Origin: the human T2T-CHM13v2.0 reference genome, Homo sapiens
Assembly (NCBI RefSeq): GCF_009914755.1
Contig: NC_060945.1
DNA: 64,000 nucleotides
Strand: one strand, 5' to 3'
The position numbers and the translations under genes are program-made. How positions within the stretch are numbered: position 1 is the stretch's first letter; each line of letters begins with the position of its first letter. Shown here piece by piece: positions 1 to 14,439 of this stretch. Under the pieces are notes generated by a model. The model did no database searches and was not told the DNA's origin. It saw nothing but the letters and a program-made list of their open reading frames with translations.

Positions 1-664
1 AACTGGACAATTGGCCTGCACCCACAGACCTGCTTCCTGTCAGGAATTTGTTACCAGGCCTTGCCTTTGCTTCCTCCCAAGCTCAAAGACTCTTCAGTTA
101 TTTTAACCCCGGAAAGACTGGAGCAAACTCTGCCTGTCCTCTCTGAGGAGCTGGTGTTGTTTCACCAGCTATGACAATGCAGGGGTATTTTTGTATTCCC
201 ATTTGTGGGAGATAGTCTTTTTTATTTTACTTGTGATAAAACTGTCAGCAAATTCTGCCTTCATTTCTCTGGTTCGGTGCACTCCCTTGGGAATTAACCT
301 GATGGCAAGTTGTAGCCATGCCATCAAATAACTGACACAAAATACATTTCTTAAATGGGCATGTTAATACCTCAGAACTTGAGTAAACGTCCAATGTGGC
401 CATTTTTTAAAGTTGTCCTCTTTTATTTTAGGAATGAGGAACTCATTCACACTAGCATTGTTAGAGGGATGGGTAGTGGTGAGCTACATCCAGAGTGATA
501 AGGAGGTCCCAGGAAGGTCCCAGGACACTCCCAGAAGGAGCACAGGGAGGTTTGTCCCAGTTCCCCTTCAGATGACACAGATTCATGCTGCCACGATGGA
601 ATGACCACACTTGTCCTCCTCTGCTTTAGCCTCATTTCCTCTCTCCCTCTGTCCATGCACGTCT

Positions 665-1495
665 GTAGGTGAGCACTTCCATTCCGACGGATGCACATGC
701 CATCTTAATGGTGATGCTTCTCTGCCAAGCTCCTGGCTAATGCATGCAATTCCTCCTCCACTTGGAACACAGATGTCTCAAAGTCAAAATGTCCAAAGCA
801 GCCTTATTGCTTCTTCCCCAACCCCCATCTCTATCCCTTCTTGATTTTCCACATTTTAGAAAATTGGGCAATGGGCGCCCTCGCCAATCCAGCCAGACCA
901 TCACCACCTGCTGGATTCACCAACAGGTGCTGTTGATGCCATGTGAAGACTCCAGTTCAAATCTGTCACTTCCCCTGCCCTGCCTGGGACCCTGTCCCTG
1001 CCCCCTCCTCTCTCTGAACCCTTAGAGTCTGCTATCCATGCTCCACCCTGCAGACAGAGTGGCTGCTTCTCCAGCTGTAAGTGAGCTCGTTTCACTTTCC
1101 TGCTCAAAGCCCTCCCCGTGGTTTCTCAAGGCACTTGGAGTAAACCCTAAACTTCTTACTACAGCTTCCAAGGCCCTGAATGACCCTATCCCGGCCAACT
1201 TCTCTGGCTCCGTGCCAGGCCGCATCTAGCTCATTAATTTGGAGCCACGTTTCTCATCTCAGAGCTCATTCCCACCTCAGGGTCTTTGCCCTGCAGTGCC
1301 CTTGGACTGGGCTGCTCTCCCTGTGATCTTCCCAAGGCAAACTCCTTTGAATCCCTTAGGTCTCAGCAGAAACGGCGCCCCCACAAAGAACCGCATAGAC
1401 CAGTCTACCTAAAGCAGGCCATTGCTCCACAGTGTCCCCAATTCAGCCTTACTATCGTATCCTTCAGAAAACACAATGTATGAGTATTTTTGTCT
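665..1495 (+). mobile_element. LINE-2 (L2a-like) 3' region fragment
   Basis: Matches L2 3' consensus blocks, e.g. 'tttcctgctcaaagccctccccgtggtttctc...aaacttcttactacagcttccaaggccctgaatga'; resumes at ~2415 after nested L1/Alu. Confidence 0.7.
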
Positions 1496-1496
1496 A

Positions 1497-2274
1497 TTTT
1501 ATTTTTATTGCAGTATAACATAATACAATAAGGTGACTTAATTTTAATGTGGAGCTTGATGAATTGTGACATATCTAAACCCGTGTAACCACCACCCAGA
1601 TCAAGAAGTGGAACATGACTACAAACCCAGAAGATTGCCCTACATCCTTTCCAAGTTGGTCCTCAGAGTGCCTTCTTCCCTATTTCCAGAGATAAGCACT
1701 ATTCTGACTTCTCTCACCATTGATTAGTTGTGCTTGTTCTTGAACTTTATAGAAATGTAATCACATAGCAAATACTCTGTTGTGTGTGTCTTCTTTTACT
1801 GAGCAGAATGCTTTGAGATTCATCATGTAGTTATGTGTAATTTGTCCTTTTTTATGACTGTATAACATTCAGCTCTATGATTATAACTTATTTATTCATC
1901 CTTTTGCTGATACTTAAACTGTTTTCAATTTTTAGCTATTATAAATGAAACTGCTAAAGACATCCTGCACGAGCCATTTGGTGGACGTAAGAATGCACCT
2001 CTGGCTCATGCCTGTAATCCCAGCACTTTGGGAGGCCGAGGCAGGCAGATCACGAGGTCAGGAGATCGAGACCATCCTAGCTAACACGGTGAAACACCTG
2101 TCTCTACTAAAAATATAAAAAAATTAGCCGGGCGTGGTGGCAGGCGGCTGTAGTCCCAGCTACTCGGGAGGCTGAGGCAGGAGAATGGCTCGGGAACCCA
2201 GGAGGAGGAGCTTGCCGTGAGCCGAGATTGCGCCACTGCACTCCAGCCTGGGTGACAGAGCGAAGACTCTGTCT

Positions 2275-2308
<34 letters not shown>

Positions 2309-2400
2309 GAATGCACCTCTGTTGTTGGGTATATACCAGACAGGGAATTCTGGGTCTGAGGGCAGACATATGTTTTAACAGATTATAGCATTAGTCTTAG
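1497..2400 (-). mobile_element. Old L1M (L1MB/ME-type) 3' end, interrupted by AluY
   Basis: 'gtgtaaccaccacccagatcaaga', 'cactattctgacttct', 'tttgagattcatc' are typical antisense L1M 3' UTR blocks. Confidence 0.75.
2003..2306 (+). mobile_element. AluY, slightly 5'-truncated
   Basis: Dimeric Alu with AluY-type 'gagatcgagaccatcctagctaacacgg', poly(A); TSD agaatgcacctctg at 1990-2003 and 2308-2321. Confidence 0.96.
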
Positions 2401-2414
2401 TTTTAATTTTGATT

Positions 2415-2545
2415 TGTGTCTTCCCTAGTGGAATTCATCTCTGTGAAGGCTAGAACCTGTTTACCTTGTCTACCTTTATACCCTAACACCCAGTGCAGTG
2501 TCTAGCACATTTTAAGCACTCAGTTAATATTTGTTGAAATAATAG
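2415..2545 (+). mobile_element. L2 terminal 3' end
   Basis: 'cagtgtctagcacattttaagcactcagttaatatttgttgaa' matches the L2 terminus. Confidence 0.7.
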
Positions 2546-2568
2546 GTATATCATTCTGTTCATTCCAT

Positions 2569-2835
<267 letters not shown>

Positions 2836-3555
2836 CATTCCATCTGTGATCGTTCATTTCAGTTCGTGCCTCTCCAGCTTGTCATATCCTTTCATGGTAC
2901 ATTTTAAGCATCAGTTTTCGTTGTTAAATGCCGTATTCTCTTGGTGCTACTGCAAATTCCAGACAGAACCTGAGGAATCAGCCCAGCCTTTTCAGCCAGC
3001 CCCACACTGTTGTGAGCAGACTCAACACTGGCCCCCTTGGGCTTGGGGCCCCCCCAGGCCTATCAAGTGTGTCTGAGGAGTAGACTGGCATGCCCAACCC
3101 ATGCTCGCCTCTGTGCAGCATCTCATAGGATTCAACTGTGGCTGGAATTTTAACATTCATCCTGACTGGCACATGTATGTACTTGGCACAATGCCTGACA
3201 TAAAATTATACTCAGCAAACAAACTACTATCATGTATTTCCATTATTACCAAAACTTCAACTACTTCTCCTACTGATATCATAGTCCATAATTGGCCTTC
3301 ACCAGGTTAGACAATCAGATATTCCTTAAAAAGCCAACCGCAGTTCGGGAACATCAGTCTCTAATTTCTACATGTCCAATGTTGTTTGGGATCTGTAGAT
3401 TACAAAACACAAAAGTCTTAATAAAAGGAAACTGTTAGCCACTTTATGCAGTAAACAAGAATGCATCATCTGAGGTACATACATTCCAATTTCTTTTAGG
3501 AAAGGGGTAGAGTCATTTATGTTAAAACTCAACATGTTATATTTAAATATCCATC

Positions 3556-4477
<922 letters not shown>

Positions 4478-4525
4478 TCATTCATTTTTGTCATTCATTT
4501 AGTTAGCATCTATTAAGAGCATACT

Positions 4526-5715
4526 TGCTCATAAGATAGTTCTATCTTTATTAAGAAACCTGTATGCTGTTTTTCATAATAGCTGTACTAATTTACATTC
4601 TCACCAACAGTGCACAAGGGTTCCCTTTTCTCCACATCCTCTACAACACTTGTTTTTTTTTTTTTTGTCTTTTTGATAATAGCCATCCTAACAGATGTGA
4701 GGTGATATCTCATTGTAGTTTTGATCTGCATTTTTCTGATGATTAGTGATATTGAGTAGTTTTTCCTATACCTGTTGGTCATTTGTGTGTTTTATTTGGA
4801 GAAATGCCTATTAAGGTATTTTGCCCATTTTTAAATAAGATTTTTTTTTTTTTTTTGCTATTGAGTTGTTTGAGTTTCTTATATATTCTGGATATTCACC
4901 CCTTGTCATATGTATAGTTTGCAAATATTTTCTCCCATTTTGTAGGTTGTTTCTATACTTTGTTGATTGTTTTCTTTGCTGTGCAGAAGCTCTTTAGTTT
5001 GATCCAGTAATCCTGTTAGTGGGTATATATCTGAAGAAAATAAAATCTGTATGTCAAAGAGATATCTTCACTCCCATGTTTGTTGCGGCACTATTCATAA
5101 TAGCCAAAATATGGAATTAACTTCAGTGTTCAATAACAGACAAATGGAAAAAGAAAATGTGATGTATATATACAACGGAATACTATTCAGCCATAAAAAA
5201 GAATAAAATCCTGTCATTCACAACAACATGGATGAATCTGAATGAAATTAAGTGAAATAAGCCAGTGACAGAAGGACAAATATTACATGTTCCCATTTAT
5301 AGCAGAATGTTAAAAAGTTGATCTCATAGAAGTAGTGAATAGAACAGTGGTTCCTGGCAGCTGAAGAGGGTGGGAAGAAGAAGAGAAAGGAGAGAGATAG
5401 GTCAGTGGATAAAAAGTCACAATTAGGAAGGAAGAATAAGTGCTGATGTTCTGTTGCACAGTAGGGTGACCATAGTCAACAATAAGGTATTACACATCTC
5501 AAAATAGCTAGAAGAGAGAATTTTTTATGTTCCTACCACAGAGAAATGGTAAATGTTTGAGGTGATGGACACGCTAATTATCCTGATTTGATCATTACAC
5601 AAGGTATACGTATATCAAAACATCACAGTGTAGCCCACAAATATGCACAATTAAGCGTCAACTAAAAATAAAAATAAAATAAAAAAGGAATGACTAAAAT
5701 ATAATAATAACCCTA
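4526..5715 (+). mobile_element. L1MA-type element with 5' inversion (about 4526-5000 antisense, 5001-5715 sense)
   Basis: Antisense ORF2 end joined at 'tgatccag' to sense 3' UTR and A-rich tail; degenerate TSD aagagcatact/aaaagcatact. Confidence 0.88.
4588..4782 (-). pseudogene. L1 ORF2p C-terminal remnant
   Basis: Translation [27 protein letters not shown]...[18 protein letters not shown] is the characteristic L1 ORF2p C-terminal segment; short non-functional fragment. Confidence 0.9.
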
Positions 5716-7224
5716 AAAAGCATACTGTAGGCCAAGCACAATATTGGACACCAGATATAGGACATCATTTAGTTATTATTCAATCAAATGTGACCAGCCT
5801 GAAAGCCATTCCAATTCTATATGCAGTTGTTTTATAAACCCCAAAACAATGATACAACCACAATCTGAGATAACACAACACTGGCACTACTGACCTTACT
5901 TAGTGTTTTCCCCCATTATTTCCCTTTAGGCAAGATTAAATGCTCATGGCAAAACAAACTTATTTGGTATTTCACAATGAAATTATCATATTTTAATAAA
6001 ATTATTGAATTATCAAAATTTCTGCAAGAAATTTGAAAACTGTCACATTACAGAAGAACAGGGATAGGGACCAACCAAGCTGGCTAGACATATACAACTA
6101 CAGCAAACTATGTTGTTGTTCGTCAGTTTTGGGGTCAAGGTAGCATGTAATCTTCCAGAGAGCTAGGTTGGAGATACGAAAAATATTTTTAATGATACAA
6201 ACTATTCCAGATATGAATATGAAATTAGTATTTCTGGCAATATGCGTTGTATACGGCGGTTAAATGATTCTGCATTTCTGTGGCTAAATAATTGGAGCTG
6301 TCTTGGTTTTAAGCAACTGTGGATTTTGTGGTTAAATTACGTTGTCTAGTTTTAACAACTCTGTGTGTATATATATGTGTTTGTATATCTGTAGGTGATT
6401 TTTACACAAGTTATAGGTCATTGTAACTAAGCCACAGAAACCTATGATACTACCCTGTGTGTGGAATGACCTCACAAGTCACTCCAATTTCTGTTTTTAA
6501 TGTTGTCCTGCAAATCATAACCATTCATAGGGAATTTGAAATTGCTTCCAAGTCTCATCAGCAGAGAGTGAAAGCCTTTTAATTTTTTAGAGATGTCTTC
6601 CATGATGACAATTGTAGAGTAGAATTCCCCTCCTCCACAGAAAGAATAAAATTTAACTCTTCTACATGAACTCTGATTTTTTTAATGCATTAATAAGAAT
6701 ATATATTTTCTAGAAAACTGAGAAGTGCAGTTCCGTTATCCTAAACATTATTTTTCCAAATCCAAAACTTTTTATATGATTCTACATTACTAATTTATGT
6801 TGTTTTTATGTCACTTTGTTGTATGTTTCCCAGTTTTGGGTTTCATAAAAGTATAGTTTCCTCTACAAATAAAATCATACGAATAAGATTTTTGTGGGTA
6901 TGAGAAAAGGTAGGTGTTAAAACTAGCAAGCCAGTGAACAGGTGATGAGATTACGGAGTCTATAACCACAGATTGCTATTTTCACATTGAGCCTATTATA
7001 ACCAAAAGTTGTTTAACCTATAATCAGTTACTTCTTACTTAAATAGATGTACTACTGTTCTCCAATTAAAACATATGATGATATCATGTTAATTCAAAAT
7101 CTATTCCTGTTTCTATATTTTTATTTCTCTTAATAGGGCTTATTAATTTGTCGTTCAAGGGATCAGTTACATTGGAATTAATCTCTTCAATAAATTTAAT
7201 TTAATAGCAAGAATTAATAGCATA

Positions 7225-7600
7225 AAACACTGATTCTCTTTGACTCAGTAGTTCTTCCAGGAATTTATGATATGGGATTGAGTGAGAACATATAAAGACA
7301 TATATACAAAAGTGTCCATTGCAGAGTACTTTTATTGTTTTATAAAGATAGAAATTGATAGTATAGGATATGAGCATTTTAGAAAATAAGTAGTGGAACC
7401 TCTGTATGATAGGATATTATACAATTATTAGTGAAATTTTTGAAAATTATGGGATGACAAAATATTTTATTGCTAAGAGGAGAAAGTGAAATCTGAAACT
7501 CTTATTAAAATAATTACTGAAGGAAGAAATATGAAAAGGAAATACAGTCCCATGTTAATAGTGCTTGTCCATTGGAAAAATCATGGGTAATTAAAAATGA
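7225..7600 (+). mobile_element. Degraded L1ME-type 3' fragment
   Basis: 'ctttgactcagtagttcttccaggaatttat', 'atatacaaaagtgtccattgcag'. Confidence 0.45.
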
Positions 7601-7964
7601 TGGGTTCCTAGTCACTTTAGCTCAGTCATAAATTTACTGTGAAGAATTAGGTTCTGGCCAGTGTCTAGACCCAGGAAAAGTTAATAAGGGCAGTGAAGCC
7701 TTTCCTGAGCTACACTCTTCTCAGAGATTGTTGTATGGGTAGTAGGGGAATTTTAAAGGCAAGTAGTGGCTGTGGAGTTAAAGAAGCTTCTTGGAGGGCT
7801 TTAGAAATACTGGGAAAAGATACAGGGCTCCTTTCCATCTTGCAGTATGGAAACTCTGCATAAATTTTACTTGTGCATTCAAGGAAAGAGTTATCTGAAG
7901 GTTGGAAAACTTGGGGCAAGCCAGATTCCCTAATGATAGACACATACCAAAGTGTGTTAATCAT

Positions 7965-8281
7965 TAGAGCTGTCCATCCATGTTTCTAGCTCTCCTCCAT
8001 TAGGGCACCTAGCAGGATGGTAAACCTTGAAGTCAGGGATGGCCATGTGACTTGCTTTGAGAAGTAAGATGTCACACTTCTGGTCACAAGCATGTTTTTT
8101 TCCTCCTGTCAAGATGACAGATCTTAATCCAGAGTGGAGGCTCGTTCGGCCTGGAGCACTAAGTGGTGCCTCTTTCTCACCCAAGGTGGACATGGAGCCC
8201 GAGTGAGAATAAATGCCTGAAGTCAGTGACATTGGGGATTTGTGTTACTGCAGCCTAACCTCCTGTATCCTGGCTGATACA
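7965..8281 (+). mobile_element. Old MLT1 (I/J/K-type) LTR
   Basis: 'ggccatgtgacttgctttg', end 'ttgtgttactgcagcctaacct...ctggctgataca'. Confidence 0.6.
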
Positions 8282-8659
8282 TTCACTTTTTGAGATAGAT
8301 GTATTAAGAAAAAATTGTACAGACAGAAACTAAAATATGGCAAGCCAAATATCTTATATGCATTATTTAACAAATTCTTCAGAAGAACATATTGCCAAAA
8401 AATCCCTTTAGAAGTTAAAAAATGTTTTATAATGTAAATCATTATGGCCTAATAAATGTGTGTATTGATAAAATGTTATAGTATCTCAACAAATGCAAAT
8501 TAACCTTTACAAATCTTGGAAAATCCTTTAACTAAAGGTAAGTTTTAAAATAATATGCCTATCAAATGATGGTACCATATTTACTGAAAGGAGAATCTAC
8601 TTTTACTTCCATAAATATGTTTAAAAGAATTAGAGCATCTTGGGAAAACTGCTGAATTT

Positions 8660-9690
8660 AGGGCTAAGGCAGTGAAAGTACAAGGTGTGTCAGGAGCATT
8701 TTGCAGTGGCCAAAGGTAAGGAAGTGTTGAAATAAATAAAGTAAAAGGGACATATCAAAGGGATAAAGAACAAACCTGAAAGCAGTTCCAATGGCTGTTT
8801 CTAACACAGTTACAGCCAAAAAAACCACAAAATTACTAACTATAACCTGAAGAACCAGATAAATACCCATGAGTTCATACATGCATACATGCACACATAC
8901 ATATACACACAAATGGAGAAAAAGGAACAAATCTTTCTTCTACAAGAATTTTGAGTAATATGTGTAGGTACTTCCCCTTCCAGGAGGTCGGCCTCAATTG
9001 CCACCCTCCTCAACCTTCAGGGTGGGATAGACTTGGTGACTCATTTTCCAAGAATAGAGTATGGAAAAGTAAAAGAAAATATTAGCAATTTAATAAATTT
9101 TTACAGTGCAGAAATCTAACAAACACTCCTTCGACTGAGCAGTTAAGCCATGCGTAACCACAATGCTTACCACTCTACCAAGTGATGTCATGTGGATAGC
9201 ATGTCTCTCCTAATACAATGTGAGGAGAAGGGCACTTAACCTCTCTGTCCTATTCTTTCCAACATCCCATGACCCTATGAGGAAAGCAAACAGATAAAAA
9301 TAGATCAGGGGCTCATCCTACAGGATACTTGGCCAGGACTCTTCAAGGCTCTCAAGATCATTAAAAACAAGGAAAGACCAAGAAATTCTCACAAACTGTA
9401 GGAGACCAAAGAGATATGACAACTAAATGCAATGTGGTGCCTTGGATTAGATCTTGGAGCCCAGTGAGGATGTAATGGGAAAGCGGGTGAAATACAATTA
9501 GTATCTGCAGTTTAGCCGACAGTAATGCCTCAAAGTTGTTTTCTTAGCTGTGACAAATGTACCATCATAATGCAAGATGTTGACAATGGAGGAATCTGGG
9601 TGAAAGGTACAGGAGAACTCTCTGAACTATCTTTGAAACTTTTGCTTACCTATAAAATTATTCCAAATTAAAAAGCTAATTTTTATAAAG
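8660..9690 (+). mobile_element. L1MC/L1MD-type 3' UTR
   Basis: 'aaggtaaggaagtgttg...caaacctgaaagcagttccaatggc', 'aactaaatgcaatgtggtg', 'gaactctctgaactatctttg...aaaattattccaaa'. Confidence 0.8.
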
Positions 9691-11039
9691 GATCTGTTAA
9701 ATGTGATCATTTGACTTCCATATTTATTGTACCATCATATTCACCAGATGTTACTCATATTATTTATTTGTGTAACCACTTGGTCACCAAAAAGGTAGCA
9801 TTTGAGCTTTGTTTCCTCCACCTGTTCAGGGTAAGTAGTTGAAAGAGAAGAAACCAGAGTGGTATATTTAATACACAATGATTGAGCATAAAAGTTTGCA
9901 TTTGAATAACAGAACCAATTTTGAAACTACATTATAGTGACTTTAAAGAGACTATTAATCAGTACACCGACGTCTATTGAACTTAATTGTATGTGAACAC
10001 AAAACAATTAAGACAAAAATAATATGGACTTTTTGTGACACAGGCAGGGCACTCTAGTTTTTACACTTAATCAGCATACACTTAAACCTATCTGATAAGT
10101 AGACTCTATTCAGTGAGAAAATCGATTTAGAATATTGTGTAACACGTGGAGTAGGGGATATAACAAATAACTCAAAAGTAAATTGGAAGTGAAAATAAAC
10201 TCCTAGAAAATGGAACTTTCTCCTTCTCCACCTAATTTTGAAGAGTATCAAAAATAACACCTGGATTTTTTAGACTCCTATTAATTTCTTGTGAAGTTTT
10301 CTGCTATATTTACATATTCTGTTCATCTCTCAATATCAAATGCAGTGTTTGGTAACTAAAGGGCTAAGAACCTAATAAGTAAGACTTTTAAAATTTAAAA
10401 ATAATCGTAAATGTTGATTATGTTTTATGACTATAAACACTAAGGCCCAAGTGGATACATGAAAAAGAAATGTTTTCCTGTCCTCTAAATATGAAGCCTT
10501 CCTGAATTCCACACTCAGAATTTAGAATGTACTATTACAATACAAATAAACCTGAATTATAATATAAGAAAAAAACACAGATAAAAACGTTGCATATCTT
10601 TACCTTTAATGACATTTACCTCTTCGTCAGAATTTCAAACCCCATCCCGTTTTTTAAGGTCCATTTCTACTGGTTCCTCCTTTATCGTGCCTTGTCCGAT
10701 CTTCTCCAAGAAAAAAAAATCAAGTCTCTTTCATAGTTCCTTCACATCTAACTTCTATTTATTTTATGGCATGCACTATTTCTACCATGGCTATATTATT
10801 GTATATATGAGATGCCAGACTAGACAATGCATTCCTTGACATTCAAGCCCACTTTTAGGTCATCTTCAACACTCCCCTGTCCCAGCAAGGATCAACACCT
10901 AGGGAATGTGTGTGGGACAGATGGGTGAATGAATGCTGCTGCTTCTTGGAACTCAGGCCTTTGAGCATAACTTGCTTGGCACCCTCTGCATCAAAAAAAT
11001 GTTCAGTATTGTTTCACTTGCGCCAGAAGAGCTTGTCTG

Positions 11040-11720
11040 GAAAACGTCTGATAAGCCATGGTAAGAAACAACACACAACCCCCGGATCTACCTGAATTAT
11101 CTCAGCCTAAAGTTATCCGATCTCGCTTTTGCTTGTGAGGCATGTCAATAAAGTCAAACCCAAGTTTGAGCTTTGATTTCGGGCCTCAGCTGATGACAGC
11201 TGTGCCGAGTTGATTTAATGGGTTCTGTGCAGATAAAGGCGGGGATTTGCAATGTTAAAAGTGTCTTCACAGGTGAGAAGACAAAGATCTCTGACATGCT
11301 TATTTCTCACAGTTCAGGTCCCCGACCCAGGCCTGGAAACACATCAAAGGCCACACCTTTCCTTCTTTTCATGCTCTCAGTCGGCCTTCTCTCACTTTCA
11401 GATTGCACCCCTGCACGACTCACCAGTCAAACAATGCAGTTATTATGCTCCTGGGAGAAGAAGGATAATTACCTCCACGGCCAGGTGCCAGTAGCAAGTT
11501 TCCCTGTGGCCAATTACTGTGTGGTGGTAAAACAGCTGAAGCTCTGTTTTTAAAATCTGTGTTGTGTTTTTTTTAAGCCTTTACTGTCATGTTGCCAGAC
11601 ACTGGCCCTGAGCCCTGCTATCGACACAGGGCGTCTAGCTTTGTTTTGAACGTGGGTTCCATTGTCTTTCACTCTCTCCCAACCTGGCATCTCATTATGT
11701 TTATATCTCCTTATCAGAGC
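11040..11720. promoter_or_regulatory. Candidate enhancer (GATA/E-box/RUNX/TCF/SOX motif cluster)
   Basis: Apparently repeat-free; WGATAA at 11049, 11097(-), 11231, 11711(-); CAGCTG at 11187, 11197, 11533; TGTGGT 11520; CTTTGAT 11171. Confidence 0.35.
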
Positions 11721-12121
11721 CAATGAGCAAGGGGAAAACAGCTTCAGAAAGGAGGGAGCTGCTGCCCCACAGTTTCCATTTATCCAACCAAACCCAAACT
11801 GTTTTCATCCCTCATCAGCTGAGATGGAGTGACAGTGACTATAAAGAGAACTGATTGGCTTGGAGAAGGTGAGCATGATTTTAATAAGAAGAAAGTGAGG
11901 ACAGTAATGGAGCTTTTTGTCTTTTGAGTGACACATCTGGAAACTCCCCACTGGCCTTCTCCATTAGTTCGGTGAAAACCTATCAAGGAAACAAACAAAC
12001 AAGCAAAACACAAGTGAATGGCATTAAGTCCTGGCTGCAGAATAGTACTTCTTGTCTGGGGACAGATGTGTGCTGTGAAATGTTTATCCACCACCCCCCA
12101 TGCTTTTATTTGCAGCTGATG

Positions 12122-12357
12122 CTAATAATTATAACCAACATTTCAGAAATACCTTTAATATGCCAGACATCATCTTAAGCACACATGCTTTCTCCTCGGT
12201 CACCTCAACAACCCTAACAAGGTAGTATTTTACTTTCCATTTTACAGAAGGTGATCTTGAAGCTTGGAAAGATTAGCATTACAGTGTTACAAAGCTAAGA
12301 AGTGACAGAAGATAGGTCTATTTCATACCAAAGCTCAAATCTCAACTACACTGCTCT
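12122..12357 (-). mobile_element. MIR SINE
   Basis: 'cctcaacaaccctaacaaggtag...ccattttacaga' antisense MIR core. Confidence 0.7.
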
Positions 12358-12557
12358 AAGGGGAACCTCTCACCTCCACTGGGCTACTTAAGGGGAACCA
12401 GCGACCCGACAGCCACAAGGCACTTCAGAAAAAAACGCACATTGCTGAGGGTCTAGGAACTCCCACCACATCCTCACTGCAGGTCCTTTATTGCTTTACT
12501 TGCCTAGTTGAGCATCAAACAACCTTAGTTTTTTGAGAGTGCCACTATTTTATCAGG

Positions 12558-13119
12558 TGTGTTAGTTTTGTGTGTCAACTAGATGAGCCACAGGAAGCTC
12601 AAATGAAACGTGATTTCAGGGTGTGTCTGTGCGGACGTTTCAGGGTAAGATTCGTATTTGAACCAATGGACTCAGTAAATTAGAATTCCCTCCCCAGGAT
12701 GGGTGGGCATCACCCAACCCACTGAGAGACTGAATGAAACAAAAGGCAGAGGGAGGAGGAATTCATTCTTCTACTTCCTGCCTGCTTGAGCTGGTACATC
12801 TCACCTCATCTTCTCCAGCTCTTGGACTGAAATTTATACCATCAGCATCCCTGCCTCTCAAGTCCTGAGACTTGGACTAAATTAAACCAACAGCCTTCCT
12901 TGGTCCCCAGCTTCTTGACAGCAGATCGTGGGTCTTCTCAGCCTCCATAATCACATGAACCAATTCCTCAAATCTCCTTTCATATATGTATTTTACACAT
13001 ATATACACACACACAAACACACACACCAACACACACACACACCTATAGATACACTCACACATCTAGGTATCTGTACATATGTCCTATTGGTTCTGCTTCT
13101 TTGGGAGAACTCTAATACA
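12558..13119 (+). mobile_element. MLT2 (ERVL) solo LTR with internal (CA)n
   Basis: 'gtgtcaact...gggtgggcatcacccaa...cctattggttctgcttctttgggagaactctaataca'. Confidence 0.85.
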
Positions 13120-13519
13120 CCAGGTGTTTCAAGCAAAGAACTTTGCTAGCCTGTAGTGTTAACCTGCAGACTGCTAGAAATTGTCATGAGTACACCCATT
13201 TCTTTTAGCTAGTCTCTGGGATCTAGTAGATAGGATCGCATAAACTTCATGGTTGACAAACCCCAACCATATGGACGTGTCAGGAGGCCTGTTCCCATAT
13301 TTGAACACGGCTTCTGCAGCTTCTGCAGGTGCAGATGGTCATTTTATTTTGCTGAAAACTAAGTGTATACATTCATTTTTTTTGTGTTCAACTCTGGTGC
13401 CAACTGGAGTCCCCCAGTCACTGAAGATCCAGAGATGAGCTCCAGTGCCTTTTCTGTGACTTGTGTAAAGTAGAACAGACCAGTCCCCAAGAGGTTTTCA
13501 GACTCTTTTGGTTTGGAGG

Positions 13520-13877
13520 TGATACGGTCTGGCTGTGTTCCCACCCAAATCTCATCTTGAATTGTAGCTCCCACAATCCCCATGTGTCATGGAAGAACCC
13601 CGTGGGAGGTAATTGAATCATGGGGGCAGGTTGTTCCTGCGCTGTTCTCGTGATAGTGAATAAGTCTCATGAGATCTGATGGTTTTATAAAAGGCAGTTC
13701 CCCTGCACACGCTCTCTTGCCTGCCACCATGTAAGACATGGCTTTGCTCCTCCTTTGCCTTCCGCCATGATTGTGAGGCCTCTCCAGCCATGTGGAACTG
13801 TGAGTCCATTAAACATTTTTCCTTCATTAACCAGTCTTGGGTATATCCTTATAGCGGCATGAGAACGAACTAATACA
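13520..13877 (+). mobile_element. THE1 (B/C-type) solo LTR
   Basis: 'tgatacggtctggctgtgttcccacccaaatctcatcttgaattgtagctccc...actaataca'; TSD ggagg/ggaag. Confidence 0.95.
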
Positions 13878-14110
13878 GGAAGGATAGGGATAGGGTGGGA
13901 TGGGGGCCCTGGAGCAGACGGTCAAGGTACCAGGTCTTCTCTGGTTCCCTCCATCTCCCGCTTCTGCTGCAACAGTTGTGGGTCACATGTTTTCCTGCAC
14001 CCCATCCATGTTGTCCCTTTCATGCTCCTTGGGTCCAGACAGAGGACTTTAGCTCTTATTAGCCCCACCCCACCCCACCCCCTCCGCCACACACACACAC
14101 ACACACACGA

Positions 14111-14438
14111 ATTATGGACTGAATGCTTGTGCCTCCCTCAAATTCATATGTTAAAAACCCCACCCACTAATGTGACAGTATTAGGAGGTGGGGTCTTTGA
14201 GAGGTAATTAGGAATAGATGAGCTCATGAAGGTGGAGCCCTCATGAATGGGATTCACATCCTTATGAGTCCTGAGAGAGCTTGCTTCCCCTCCTTACCAG
14301 GTGAGGACACAGCAAAAAGACAGCAATGAACCAGGAATTGGGCCTTCACCAGGCACCAGAACTGGGAAAAATGAGTGTCTGCTGTGTGAGCCACCCAGTT
14401 TACAGTATTTTGTTGTGACAGCCAGAGCTCACTCAGAC
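14111..14438 (+). mobile_element. MLT1A-type LTR
   Basis: 'tatggactgaatgcttgtg...caaattcatatgtt...ggtggagccctcatgaatgggatt'. Confidence 0.85.
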
Positions 14439-14439
14439 A

